DNA of 64,000 nucleotides from NCBI GenBank assembly GCA_051362555.1, contig CM120640.1:66752788-66816787 (forward strand), read 5' to 3'. Positions 1 through 12,000 of this stretch are shown piece after piece. The position numbers were made by a program, and so were the translations under genes. This stretch comes from Lingula anatina. Taxonomy: Eukaryota > Animalia > Brachiopoda. Below the pieces are notes generated by a model. The model was not told the origin of the DNA. It worked only from the letters and a program-made list of their open reading frames with translations, and did not search any database. Within the stretch, counting starts at the first letter, position 1. Each line of letters opens with the position of its first letter.

Positions 1-27
1 TAATATTCTATTATTCATTTTCTATAG

Positions 28-3000
28 GGCGGCGCCACTTGCTACCTGTGGTTGGGCATTCTAGTACTACTGCAAGTGCTTGGAGGTTAACTCCAACATT
101 GAAATTTCCTCTTCATGGCCCCCTACCATATGACAAGGTATTTTTATTGGTTAATTTCTTTTATATTCAATCATCCATTTACTATAAGTATTGTAGTCTT
201 CATGTTCTTGAGACAGGATGGACATTGCTGCATCTTTTTATACAATTGTATAAAAATGGTATTAGATTGTATTAGAATGGTTTCTGATTTAATCTTTTTA
301 AATAACTTAAAGGTTATTTCGCAAAAAAAAAAAATTACCAGGAAATGAAACTCATTAAAGAACTGGTGTAAATGGTATAAATTTGGCTTGCTATATGAAG
401 TATGGGATTTTCACATTTTTCAGGAAGCCCAGGAACTTCAAACGGACTTATTGAGATATGTGCTGGAGCAACCATACTCCAGGGATATGGTCTGTAACAT
501 GTTGTCACTCAATAAACAGGTACAAATAGACTTCCTCCAAGGAATATTTAGAATTGATGATGATTGGTTTTTTTGTTGGTTGTGCCATAAGTCCATTTTT
601 TTGTTGATAATGTTTTTTTTTTTTTTTTTTTTTTTTGTGAAATTCCTTCGTTGCAATAATTTTGAAAAAAAATATTCATAGTTGGTTATTTTAATATTGA
701 TGCTGTATATATTCTTGAGTTACCACAAAATCGCAGAACAAACTTCTTACTGTTGTATATAATGATGATAAGTCAGTAAATAAAAATGAAAATAAGTGTA
801 TGTACACCAAATGCACCTGATGACAATGTAAATATACAAGATTAACAAACTGAATGTTAAAGTATACAAGCTGTTCATTATACAGTAATAAAGTCATGAT
901 TATTAATACTAATTCTAAAACTTTATCTTTCCCAGGTGAAGCTGAGATGTCTCGTTCTAGAAGAGCAGCTGGTGGAGTTGATAGTTCTGGCCATGGAAAG
1001 ATCAGAGAGTGAGGATACATCAAATGAAGGGAGTGTTGTCAGTCAGTTACTATGGCAACATTTGTCAAGTCAGCTCATCTTTTTTGTCCTCTTTCAGTTT
1101 GCCAGTTTTCCACACATGGTATCATCACTTTACAATAAGGTATGTTGTTGACTGTGGATGAAAAGTGAATTCCATGTTTTTCTGTCTTCTAAATGTCATA
1201 TCAGCATGTTGTATCATCTCACTGACAATGTTCATACGAAGTAAATGAAAAAAAAAAACTGTGTTCATTCTAGGCAAATCCCTCATGACAAAGAGCTGGA
1301 CTTATCCACATATTTATGGATGCTATGAAAGTGTCTTTATGCTGTCATGTATATTAAAGGTCACTCTTTAATATGAAGAAGTTGAGATTTTTATGGTAAA
1401 TGCGAAAAAATGAGTAAAACTGATTCTTTTTAAATTTCAGCTGAAAGGCAGTAAGCTTCAGAAAGGCAGGAATCATTTGATGTGGGTTTTGCTGCAGTTT
1501 ATATCTGGAAGCATACAGAAAAATCCAGTGAGTTATTCTAATGAGCTAAATAATAAATGTATTTCTAACCTTTGCATCTTACTAGGCAATTTATTATTTG
1601 CTTGAATTATGTTGAGATTTTGGTTGATTGTGCAAACTGAATATATGATCATTTCTGTTGCAGCTTCAAGATTTCCTCCCAGTTTTAAAACTCTATGACC
1701 TGTTGTATACTGAGAAAGAGCCACTGAGTGTGCCTGATATAGAGAAACCCTATTCTACACTGTCCATGGCTGTCACCTGTATATGGATCCACCTGATAAG
1801 AAAAGCACAGACAGACAATGTGAAGCTAAAAAGACCAGTGCCATATACTTTGAAGAATCATATGGAGTAAGAGATTTGTGTTTGATTTTTATAATCTTTT
1901 TTTTTTATCTTTGTCAGTATATGGATAAACTAAATTACATAGCACTGTATACTTTAATATATATATATATATATATATATATTATTCATGTTCTGTAGGG
2001 ATAATGGTTGCCCTCTCTCTATGATAATAAGAAATTAATTGGATGTTGAATGTTTTAGTTCTAAGACACATTATTTGTTAAAAAGGTTATTTTATCAATA
2101 TTTCAGTTTTTTAAAACAATGTTTAACAGTGAAGAACCAACCCATGCCAAACTACAGAATTGCCCTGCTGTGTAATGCTTGTAAGTTTGAATTTTTGTCT
2201 CAACTCTCTCTTTAAATTCCTTCTTGTCTGTTTGGATTTTCATTTCATGCCCCTTTTTCCTGTCCTTTGTAGTGCAAATGTTATTTTCTTTCCAATATTG
2301 CTGTTAGATGATTTACTGCTACTTTAATATTAGACCTATCTCAGTGTGTAATATGTTTGTACCTCCAGACAGTACCAACACAGAATATTTCTCTGCCCCT
2401 ATGAGCCAGCTACTGGAGATGATCTACGGCAATGGTCAAAGTACGACCCAGTTACCTGGGAACATCACAGCCTCGGCCCCAAGTGAACCACTTCCTATGG
2501 ATAAGCTAGACTCACTCACAGTGCACGCCAAAATGAGGTAGGTAACGATATGTCTTGTGTCAAGAAAGTCATAAACAGTGGGGAAGAACTTCATAAAAGT
2601 AAGCCGTATGCAGTGATTGCCTATTAGAGAAGGGCTAAAAAGATACCAACTTTTTTCCCTTGTTATATTCAGTATGCAGCATAGAGAAAAGAATATCTGT
2701 TGATAAATTGACAAATACAGTATTGCCCTTAACTGAATCAAATTCTACAATATCATGTTGTCATTCTTTCCGATTCCAGCTTGATCCATAGTATTGTCAC
2801 ACGTGTCATCAAGCATGCCCATACAAAAAATACAGTAGCTCTTGCTCCAGCTTTGGTGGAGACATACAGCAGACTGCTTGTATATATGGAAATAGAATCT
2901 CTAGGAATTAAAGGATTTATCAGTAAGGCTATATTATATGACAAGGGTCTGGGCAGAGGGTTTTTAAAGTTACACAACTGTTTTAACTATCCTTGATTAG

Positions 3001-6000
3001 ATTATATCTAGGTAAATCTTTCCACTGTAATTGTCTTTTAGGATTTGATGTGAGCTATTTCTTTATTTTTTCTTAAATGAGCAGTTGTTTGGTTCCAATT
3101 ATTTTTGTACATTTAGAAAGATCTGATAGCACAAAAGGAAGTTAATCATCAAGTGATTGCTTATGTCAAATTATACTGCTAAATATGACAAATTTCCATA
3201 ACAGTGTCTTAAATAGTATAACTTAAAGAAGTAATGCATATTTTTATTCAATACTTACTGAAAATAATATTTACTCATATGTTTCCTGCTTACTTTCTGT
3301 CCTTTACGGATTGAAGGGAAATAATGTTTATGCACTGTAGACTTAAGTTCTAGACTGCATTTATATTCGATCCTGATAATGGAAAACAATTCTAATGTGA
3401 CAATACTTGTGTCCCACTAGGCCAGCTACTGCCCACAGTGGTGAAGAGTCGGGCCTGGGGAATCCTGCACACTCTGCTGGAGATGTTTATATACAGGCTG
3501 CATCACATACAGCCCCATTACAGGGTCCAGCTCCTCAGCCATCTTCACACTCTGGTTGCTCTCACCAACCAGAACCAGTTACACTTATGGTAAGGAAAGA
3601 GAACACGTCTGAGTTATCTTGTAAGATTATATGTGGTTATTCAGCTGGAGTGAATGGGATATTGGGGATATTGTAGTTTAATTTGAAAAAAGGACTAATT
3701 AGAAATTCAGGTTGATGTGTATTTTGTAAGGTGTGATAGGTCAACATAATTCTGGTTTGATAACGTGACTTGACAAGTGCTCTTGAAAGTGCTTTTGGTG
3801 GTAGATGTGTAAATACATTCAAGTATCTTCCATCATTGTTCCAACATGATATTTCAGTGTTGAAAGCACAGCCCTGCGGCTGATCAATGGCTTGGGCAGT
3901 ACAGAGGTCCAGCCACAGCTGTCCAGATTCCTGCAGGAACCCAAGTCTCTAGCTCTGTTGTCAAATGAATCTGAGGAACTGAACCGAGCCTTGGTGCTGA
4001 CACTTGCCAGAGCCATGCATGTCACAGGTATGGTGCCTTGTGGAGAGGAATGATCAGTTGATTAACAGTGGAAGGCTGTGTTAAATAGGTATATTGTGTT
4101 AAGAACATCAGACTGTTTAATCCTTCATCCTGTGTATGCATTTGTCCTTGGTTATTTGAATAGTGCAACAAATTGCAATAAACAATATTTTTTTAGACTC
4201 ACTAATTTCCCAAATACTATTTTCTTTTGTTTTCATGTAGAAGAAATGTTTTTGGAGACCAAATCCTATCAAAAACTTAAATTTTTTGGGACAATATTTA
4301 AAACTGTTCATGTGTTCATCATTATTCTATTAACTTTCCAGGCTATTAAAGATGCATACACAATATTAACATCTCCTGTATAATACTGTATTTGTAGGCT
4401 CTGACTCCCTGTCCAACAACTGGTGTAAGGACATAATGACCACCATCATGCAACACACTCCCCATGGCTGGTCCAGTCACACCATTGCCTGCTTCCCTCC
4501 TGCACTGGCTGAGTTCTTCCAGCAGAACCCAGTACCGAGGGAGGAGAAGACCACACTGAAGAGGATGGTGGAGACGGAGTATAGGAAGTGGAAAAGTAAG
4601 AGATGTGTTACATGTGGTCAGCATGTGGTGTTCCTAATTGAATCAGCAACTTTTAATTATATCTGTGATTTGTTGAAATGACTACCAATAAGCACCCATG
4701 CAGTAATGAATCTTTCCAGGTCATCCATTGAGCATGTGCAAGAGCACATTGATCTCAACCAAATAGTGCTGGTAATGTTTAATTTACTGTACCTATGGTC
4801 ACTGACTAAGATCAGAATTATGCTCATCTGAAGTCACCGGTCAACAGACTACAGTCTGTATTTGCGTGCATTTTGTGCATGCCTGTGTGTGTGTGTGTTT
4901 GGGGAGGGGGAGGGGGGCATTGCATTTACATATTTTAAATCCCATGCAAAAAGATCTCGTCATCTACTGACATCAGGTAGGCTAGTTTTGTGTTAGTTAT
5001 CCTATTTGCAAACAATGTCCCTTGTTACGCTGTGATAAGTTCAACTTATATTACTATATGAAATATAGTTAGTTTACATGCTATGTCTCTCTATATATAA
5101 GACTTGGTCTAATATATACCTGTGATGATGAAATATGAACTTCAGACCCCTGTGAAGATTCAATTTTGTCCTCTAAGAAGTACTGAACAGGTATAATGAC
5201 ATCTTCACATTCCGTTTGATAAGACCTTCTTGACTTTCCTTTGAAACATTTTGATTTATATATCTAATTCAGGCATGAACAACGAGAGTGATCTGATAGC
5301 TCATTTTTCAATGCAGGGAACTCCTCCACTATTTATATGGTAAGATTATCTTTGTGAGATGAGGTAATATACAAAATAAAAAGGGCATCTATAGTTTTTG
5401 TAAATGAAAACTGACATCAGTGATGAGTGGCATGTTGTCAATAATTTAAAGAAGAACATTTATAACTTTCATTAGATTTTAGTACAAATTTTAATAATAA
5501 AAAAAAAGGGGGGGTTGTCAATAATTTAAAGAAGAACATTTATAACTTTCATTAGATTTTAGTACAAATTTTAATAATAAAAAAAAGGGGGGGGTTAAAA
5601 TTGTGTCTTCTTGAAAGTGTAGGAAACAAGTTTGAACACTTGCAAGCCAAATATGAGATAAGATGTCAATGACAGAATCCTTTGTTGTTATAGCATCATA
5701 TGGCGCTGTCTACTGGAGGATGGGAGGGTGTCTACCACAGCTTACAAGTAAGTAGATACTTGGAGAAAACACACTAAGGCCCGTATTCCAGAATCTCTCT
5801 TTAGCTTTAAGGGAGTCTTAATGTCGACCTTATACGAAATTTGTATTCCAAGACCTTTCTTTATCTCACTTGAAAGGAATCACTTAACAATCATCCTTAG
5901 CAAAGGAATCGGTCATTTCTAGAATCAGCCTTTGCTTAAAGATTTCCTTTATTTTCGGCTGAGGAGTCCTTAAAATGTAAGGTTGGTCTCGAGTAACTTT

Positions 6001-9000
6001 TAGTCTTCCTTAAGCAGCCATTGTGTACAGTTCTCTTGTGAAAATCAGCTCCATGGGGGACTATGTAAACCAACTGGTGCGTCTTTATGATGTCAACAGG
6101 AATGCAAGATGCATGAGAACACACCTACCTAAATTCAATGAAGACGACTTCACTGATGACGATTTCTTTGCATGGTTCCGTTTCTCTAAAAAGGGCTTCA
6201 ACTACTTTTAAATTTTTTTTTAATTGATACCATTCAATTTTGTTAAAAAGGAATGTTGCAAATTTAGCACTTCCATTCTGTGTTCATGTTCCTCTTTTTG
6301 AAATTTAATTCTGTCCTGCAGATATTTCATTTGGAGGTTGTGCTCTTCCCTTTGCATAGCTAATGCTGAATCCATTGCAACACCACGACTGACGCAAGAT
6401 GGAGATTTACGTCCAGATTTCCCTTTCGCCTTAGATGTAGATGGCTCTGTGTCCCTGACTGATGTGGGGTCAATGCTGCTACATTCTTCCATTACTAAGG
6501 CTTCATCCAAATGTGAGGAATCCTCATCATCATCAGATTCTGGATGGCCGACAGATGCACTGGCAGTCAATTTCGGTTTCTTTGCTGGAAAAAAAGAGAC
6601 ACCTTTCCAATATTTATATTACAATGTTGAATAATGATATTTATTAACGAGTGCCTAAATGATTTGAACAATTACCAGCAAACAGTTATCTGACCCTGAA
6701 GTTATGATAAAGAAAAAAGTATCTTGGGTTTCTTTTGTTTGTATTCTCACGCTGATGGAGGATAGGCTTTTCTCTGTTGACTAGATGTATCAGTAGCTGC
6801 TTTTCCATATCAGAAAAGGGTCTACGACCTTTGGTTTTCTCATCTTCCAAACCATTCTTTTCTCTTCTTGGCATACTTGCTTTATTCACTAAATTTGGTT
6901 TAGATCAAAACATCCACATGCAGTGATAATGTCCATATGCACTGTTGCATGATTGAAGTTGAGGAGCTCTTTTATGTCATTGTCCCTTACCTAAAGGCTG
7001 ACTTTTGTCAAAGTAATTCCTTATCAAAGGAGAGGCTAAAGTGTGGTCTTAGAATACCATTTCGTTAGGCCTTCCTTTACCAAGGAACACCTCATCAAAA
7101 GAAGCCTTTATAAAAGTTGACCTTAGGATTATTTTAAGGAACATCTTGGAATATGGGCCTAAATGTTCACAAATATTCAGTACACTTTCTAAATATCTTA
7201 TCTTTTGCAACATTAAGTTATGGTTTGATATAAAAATGTTTTATTTTGTGCTTAAACAATGCTGGTTAAAATTGCATTTATTTTGATAGTGAAAATAATA
7301 GAGCATATTTTGCAATTGTTTTATTTTTTAGGGTATTGGAGAGGTTAGGATCAAAGACATTATCCCAGCATCTCCGTACATTTGCAGATTATTTGGTATT
7401 TGAATTTGCCACGTCAGGTGGAGGGCAACAAGTTCAAAAGGTATGGCAGGGAATGTTAATAGCTATTGTTGTAACTATTAGGTTAGCAAAGTTCAAAATA
7501 GAGCAATAGGTATGACATTATGATGTATGACAGGTATTAATTGTAGATTTGGCAGTAATTCAGAGAAATGTGAAAATTGACCATTTATCTGACCATGACA
7601 GATGAAAATGCAGCATTTGTGAGTAAATACATAATTCATGAATCCAGTTTTATTTTTATTTTTAGTGTGTTAATGCACTCAATGACATGGTGTGGAAGTG
7701 TAACATAGTCACAATAGACAGGCTGGTGTTATCATTGGTAAGTTGTTTCACAGTGGTTAAGACAAAAATATTGTATGGATTACATTCATTTTTCCTACTG
7801 CTGGTCCTTGTTATTCACACATTAAGTCCATAAATTACTTTTCTTTTCAAATTAAAATTCTGTATTATTTCCTTCCTGTGTTAGATGGCATTTTAAAGTC
7901 TAAAAGGCTACTCAAGATATTTGTATGATGCATTCTAGGCTCTGCGTAACCTTGAAGGCAATGAAGCTCAGGTGTGCTGCCTGATCATACAGCTAATACT
8001 TCTGAAGCCTCCAGACTTTACCAACAGAGTCAAGGACTTCGAGAGTGAGGTAAATTATAGTATAAAAACATGGTGAGGTTATTTTATATCATTTCTTGCA
8101 TGAACTACGAATTCTGCTTAGTAACTTATTCAATGTATGATGACATGATTGCCAAATAATGAAAACAATTCATCTTTCAAATAAGAAACTACAGGTAAAT
8201 GTGATTTCAATTATTTCATTCCTAGAACTCCCCAGCACATTGGAAGCAGAAGAACTGGCATGAGAAACACATGGCATTCCACAGGGTGAGGACATCTTTA
8301 TCATCACATTGATTGCTTAGGCTCACACAAGAAAATATATAATCTTTACTGAATCAAAATTGCCAGCTTTTCATCATATCATATGAAATTTCACTAAAGT
8401 CAAACATTTCTCATTTTAAGTAATTATGTGTAACCTTTGATATTTGAAAATAATCAGATGGTTCTGACTGCAGAAAAAAATGGGTGTGGCCCATTATCCC
8501 AATTAAGTAATGATCTTATGACAGGTGCTGCCCTCTGTGGCCACTATAACTTTCAGTGTCTGTTGGAAACTCTCCTGTTTAACTACAGCATGTGAAAGAT
8601 GATAAATAGCTCTTCAGGGGAATGTCAGCTTCTAATACTGGGAAACTTAGGGGGTCTGTTATAAAATTTTATGATGTGTGAAATTTAGTACAGTATTGTA
8701 TGGTCTTTTTATTGTGATCTTTTGGCAGCAAATTTTAGCAGCATGTATCAATATAATAAACATACCATTTTTTTTTCAAAATGTAGAAATATCCTGAGAA
8801 GTTTTATTATGAAGGTCTACAAGATCTGAGCAGCCCCTCCCAGCACCAGTACCTGCCAGTGTATTTTGGCAATGTCTGCCTCAGATTTTTACCTGTAAGT
8901 AGAGGTCATTTATAAGTAAATTTGACAAGAGCATAATTTTTGTGCAAAGTATTGTAATGCTTGATTGTCTTTCATTTCTTACTTTCATTTCTTCCTTTTT

Positions 9001-12000
9001 TTATTACATTAGTGTAATGATGCAGGTCAATAAAACAACATATTGAAATTCAATAATTTAAGGTTTTTGTCAATAAAGACTTCTGCTTTAAGGTAGCTAT
9101 GCTCTATACATTCTATTTTTTCCAGGTACTTGATATAGTAATCCACAGGTTTCTGGAGCTGCCCAGTGCCCAGGTGTCCAAGTCCCTGGAAAACATGCTG
9201 GATCACATGGGAAAGCTGTACAAGTTCCATGGTAAGCAGCTGTGGATTGACCATAGTATTGAAATAAAGATGCTTATGCAAGTTAAGATTAAGGAATAAT
9301 CTATAAGAAATACGGAACAGGTATTAATGTGATGATGTGTTAAAAAAAAAAGTGACATGATATAGATATCATAGAAGTGTGGTGTAGACTAGATATTTGC
9401 CTGTGAATGAAATATTTCATCTTGTATGAAAAGTATCCTAATACACCAATCTGTTTTTACACTTTACCCATTCCTTCTTACTGGCTACGGACTTGGGCAT
9501 AATCGGATGCCTGTCTCTTTACATATTGCAAGCTCATTAACTGATACAATTATTGTTGAATATTTGTTTTTATATTGTTCCAGACCGCCCTGTGACATAC
9601 CTCTACAACACCTTACATTACTATGAGAAGAGACTCAGAGACAGGCCAGCTTTAAAGAGGAGACTTGTGCAATCTATAATAGGTATGGATACCATTTACT
9701 CATATTACAGTTTTCTACTTGTAATAGATTAAATTTGTTGTGCTATTGAGCTAAATTAGCTTAATCTGCTGTGTTCCACAACACTAACTGATGAAAGAAT
9801 TGCATTTCATTAGTGAAAATGTGTTAAAACATTTACTTCAGGTGCTTTCAAGGATATCTACCCTGCCACCTGGTGTGTGTCAGAGGACTATGTGAGTTAT
9901 ATGCAGAGGCCAGCAGATGACATTGACTGGGTGCCGAGTGAGGAGTATTACATCAAACTGCTGGCCAGGATTGTAGACAATATCCTTGCTGTTTTTATGT
10001 CCACGGCTTGTTCTACTATCGCTGCAAGAACTGTAGTTCTTTTTCTCTAATTTCCACTGTTCAATTTGGAGATAAACTGGATTTATTTTGAAGCATGGAA
10101 ATATTAGGCACTAAAAGGTCAAAATTTGGACAGGTTTATATTAAAACATTTTCATAACATCTTAAGAAAATGAAACAAACTTTGTGAAATTTACTACCTT
10201 AACTGTAGTCACCGATAGCAGGGAAAACTCCTTCACCTTTTCTGAACTGTGACTGGAGGTTTAATGAGTTCCCCAACCCTGCTGCTCATGCTCTCCATGC
10301 TACGTGTATAGAGCTGATGGCCCTCCCTGTGGCTAGTGCTACAGTAGGCTCTGCTCTTATGGATACTGTTCTGAAAAAGTGAGTAAAATCTTTTTAACTA
10401 TTCCTTGACATACAGAAAGGGGTGCTTCTCTTTGATCACCTCCACCAGTGTGGTTATATTTTTGACTTTGTTTGTTTGTTTGTTAGTTATGGGTTTTGAT
10501 AAATTTTTCAGGATGGGACAGAAATAAGCGAACTGAGAATATAGTAGATTTGGTCCATTACTTAATCATTTTTTAATGAAAATTAGAATTGAGCTGTCTT
10601 GGCAGAGGTCCGGCTCTTCAAGTCTTTTCTAGTTATTTATGTTTTCCTTATCCATCGTTTACACTCACATTTATTAAATATGAATATTATAATCATTACT
10701 TCTAAATTCAAATATATTATGATTGACAGTTTACAACCTTTATCTCACCTTTCAGCAAATGTTTGGAAAAAAATTGCCAATGATGGGCATCTGATGCATA
10801 TTTGAATTTTTTTCTTTTTTGTTTATTATTATCATTATTATTCATTTATTTTTTTATTGCCATTTCCAGTGCTGCCCAAGTGCCCAGAGAACAAATCATG
10901 TCCTGGATGAATGCAGTTGGCCTCATTCTTACTGCATTGCCTGTAAGTACCAAATTTTTACTGAAGTTACACCAAACTCAATGTTTGCTAAAGTAGTGTA
11001 AAGGTTTTTTTTCATATAATCAAAGACAATCTACAGATTAATGTTCCTTTCTTCTTGCTTTACAGGACAGTTATTGGATGGTAATCAATGAAAAGATATT
11101 ATTTGCTGTCCAGACACCAATCTTAGCAAACTTCAAACCATTTGAGATCTTCAACTTCTCCACCAGCCATGCAGTATTTGGAGAGGTGCAGTGTAGCTAT
11201 GTCCTGGCTCTGTGTCATGCCCTGTGGCACCATGCTAGCATTGGGCAGATCAGTATTCTTCCACAGTAAGTATAGAGAAGGGAAGGACTATTGTGTCATG
11301 CTCTGTGGCACCATGCTAGCATTGGGCAGATCAGTATTCTTCCACAGTAAGTATAGAGAAGGGAAGGACTATTGTGTCATGCCCTGTGGCACCATGCTAG
11401 CATTGGGCAGATCAGGGCCCTGTAACTCAAAAGCATCATGCATTGTGACTGAGCACAAGCGTCTCAATTCTATAACTCATCCATACTTGCCCCATTTAAT
11501 ACATTGTAGGCTCTATGTGATATCGCTATTCGCAATACACAGTGCTTTCGAGTTACGGGGCCCTGTATTCTTCCACAGTAAGTATAGAGAAGGGGAGGGC
11601 CAATGTGTCAATTTATTGGGCACAATAAGAACAAGGGGGATTTGTGCTGTGTGCATGCATGTGTGCTAAGACATACTTTTGTGACAGCGTAATGTTAGAA
11701 ACAATAGATGTGTCTAGTGTGCACTTGTGTATTAGGTGGAGTGAAGAAGAAATATAATTGTACACAAAATAGGTTGTTCGGGCAAAGTTGATTCTTCCTA
11801 ACACATTTCAATGATCTAAGGAAACGGTGCCAAAGAAGTACCTATCGGTTAGCAACTAGTTTAAAACATGTTTGGCAGATCATTTGAAGTCGGACACTAT
11901 TTTGTCCAGGTTCATCAAGGAGCAGCTGAAGCCAGTGGTTCACACTGAGGAACAGTTTCTATTCATCTGCCATCTGGTGGGGCCATTTCTACAGAGGTTT

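Larger units (their letters stand above)
5778..7159. mobile_element. PIF/Harbinger DNA transposon, internally deleted (non-autonomous), in MED23 intron
   Basis: TIRs GGCCCGTATTCCA (5778) / TGGAATATGGGCC (ending 7159); exact TAA target-site duplication at 5775-5777 and 7160-7162. It holds convergent remnants of a transposase N-terminus (+) and a Myb/SANT-like gene (-), the two-gene layout typical of Harbinger. Confidence 0.9.

Noticed and set aside
9788-9820. CTGATGA...GAAA as another hammerhead
   Set aside because: There is no proper stem II; the CTGATGA itself pairs with the downstream TTTCATTAG, and no stem I/III is evident.
11211-11610. CRISPR-like regular repeats
   Set aside because: The units are contiguous duplications without unique spacers, the context is eukaryotic, and there are no cas genes.
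11142-11669. 175-aa ORF with repeated CVMPCGTMLALGRSVFFHSKYREGKDY
   Set aside because: An off-frame reading of a MED23 exon plus the 81-bp triplication; not an independent gene.
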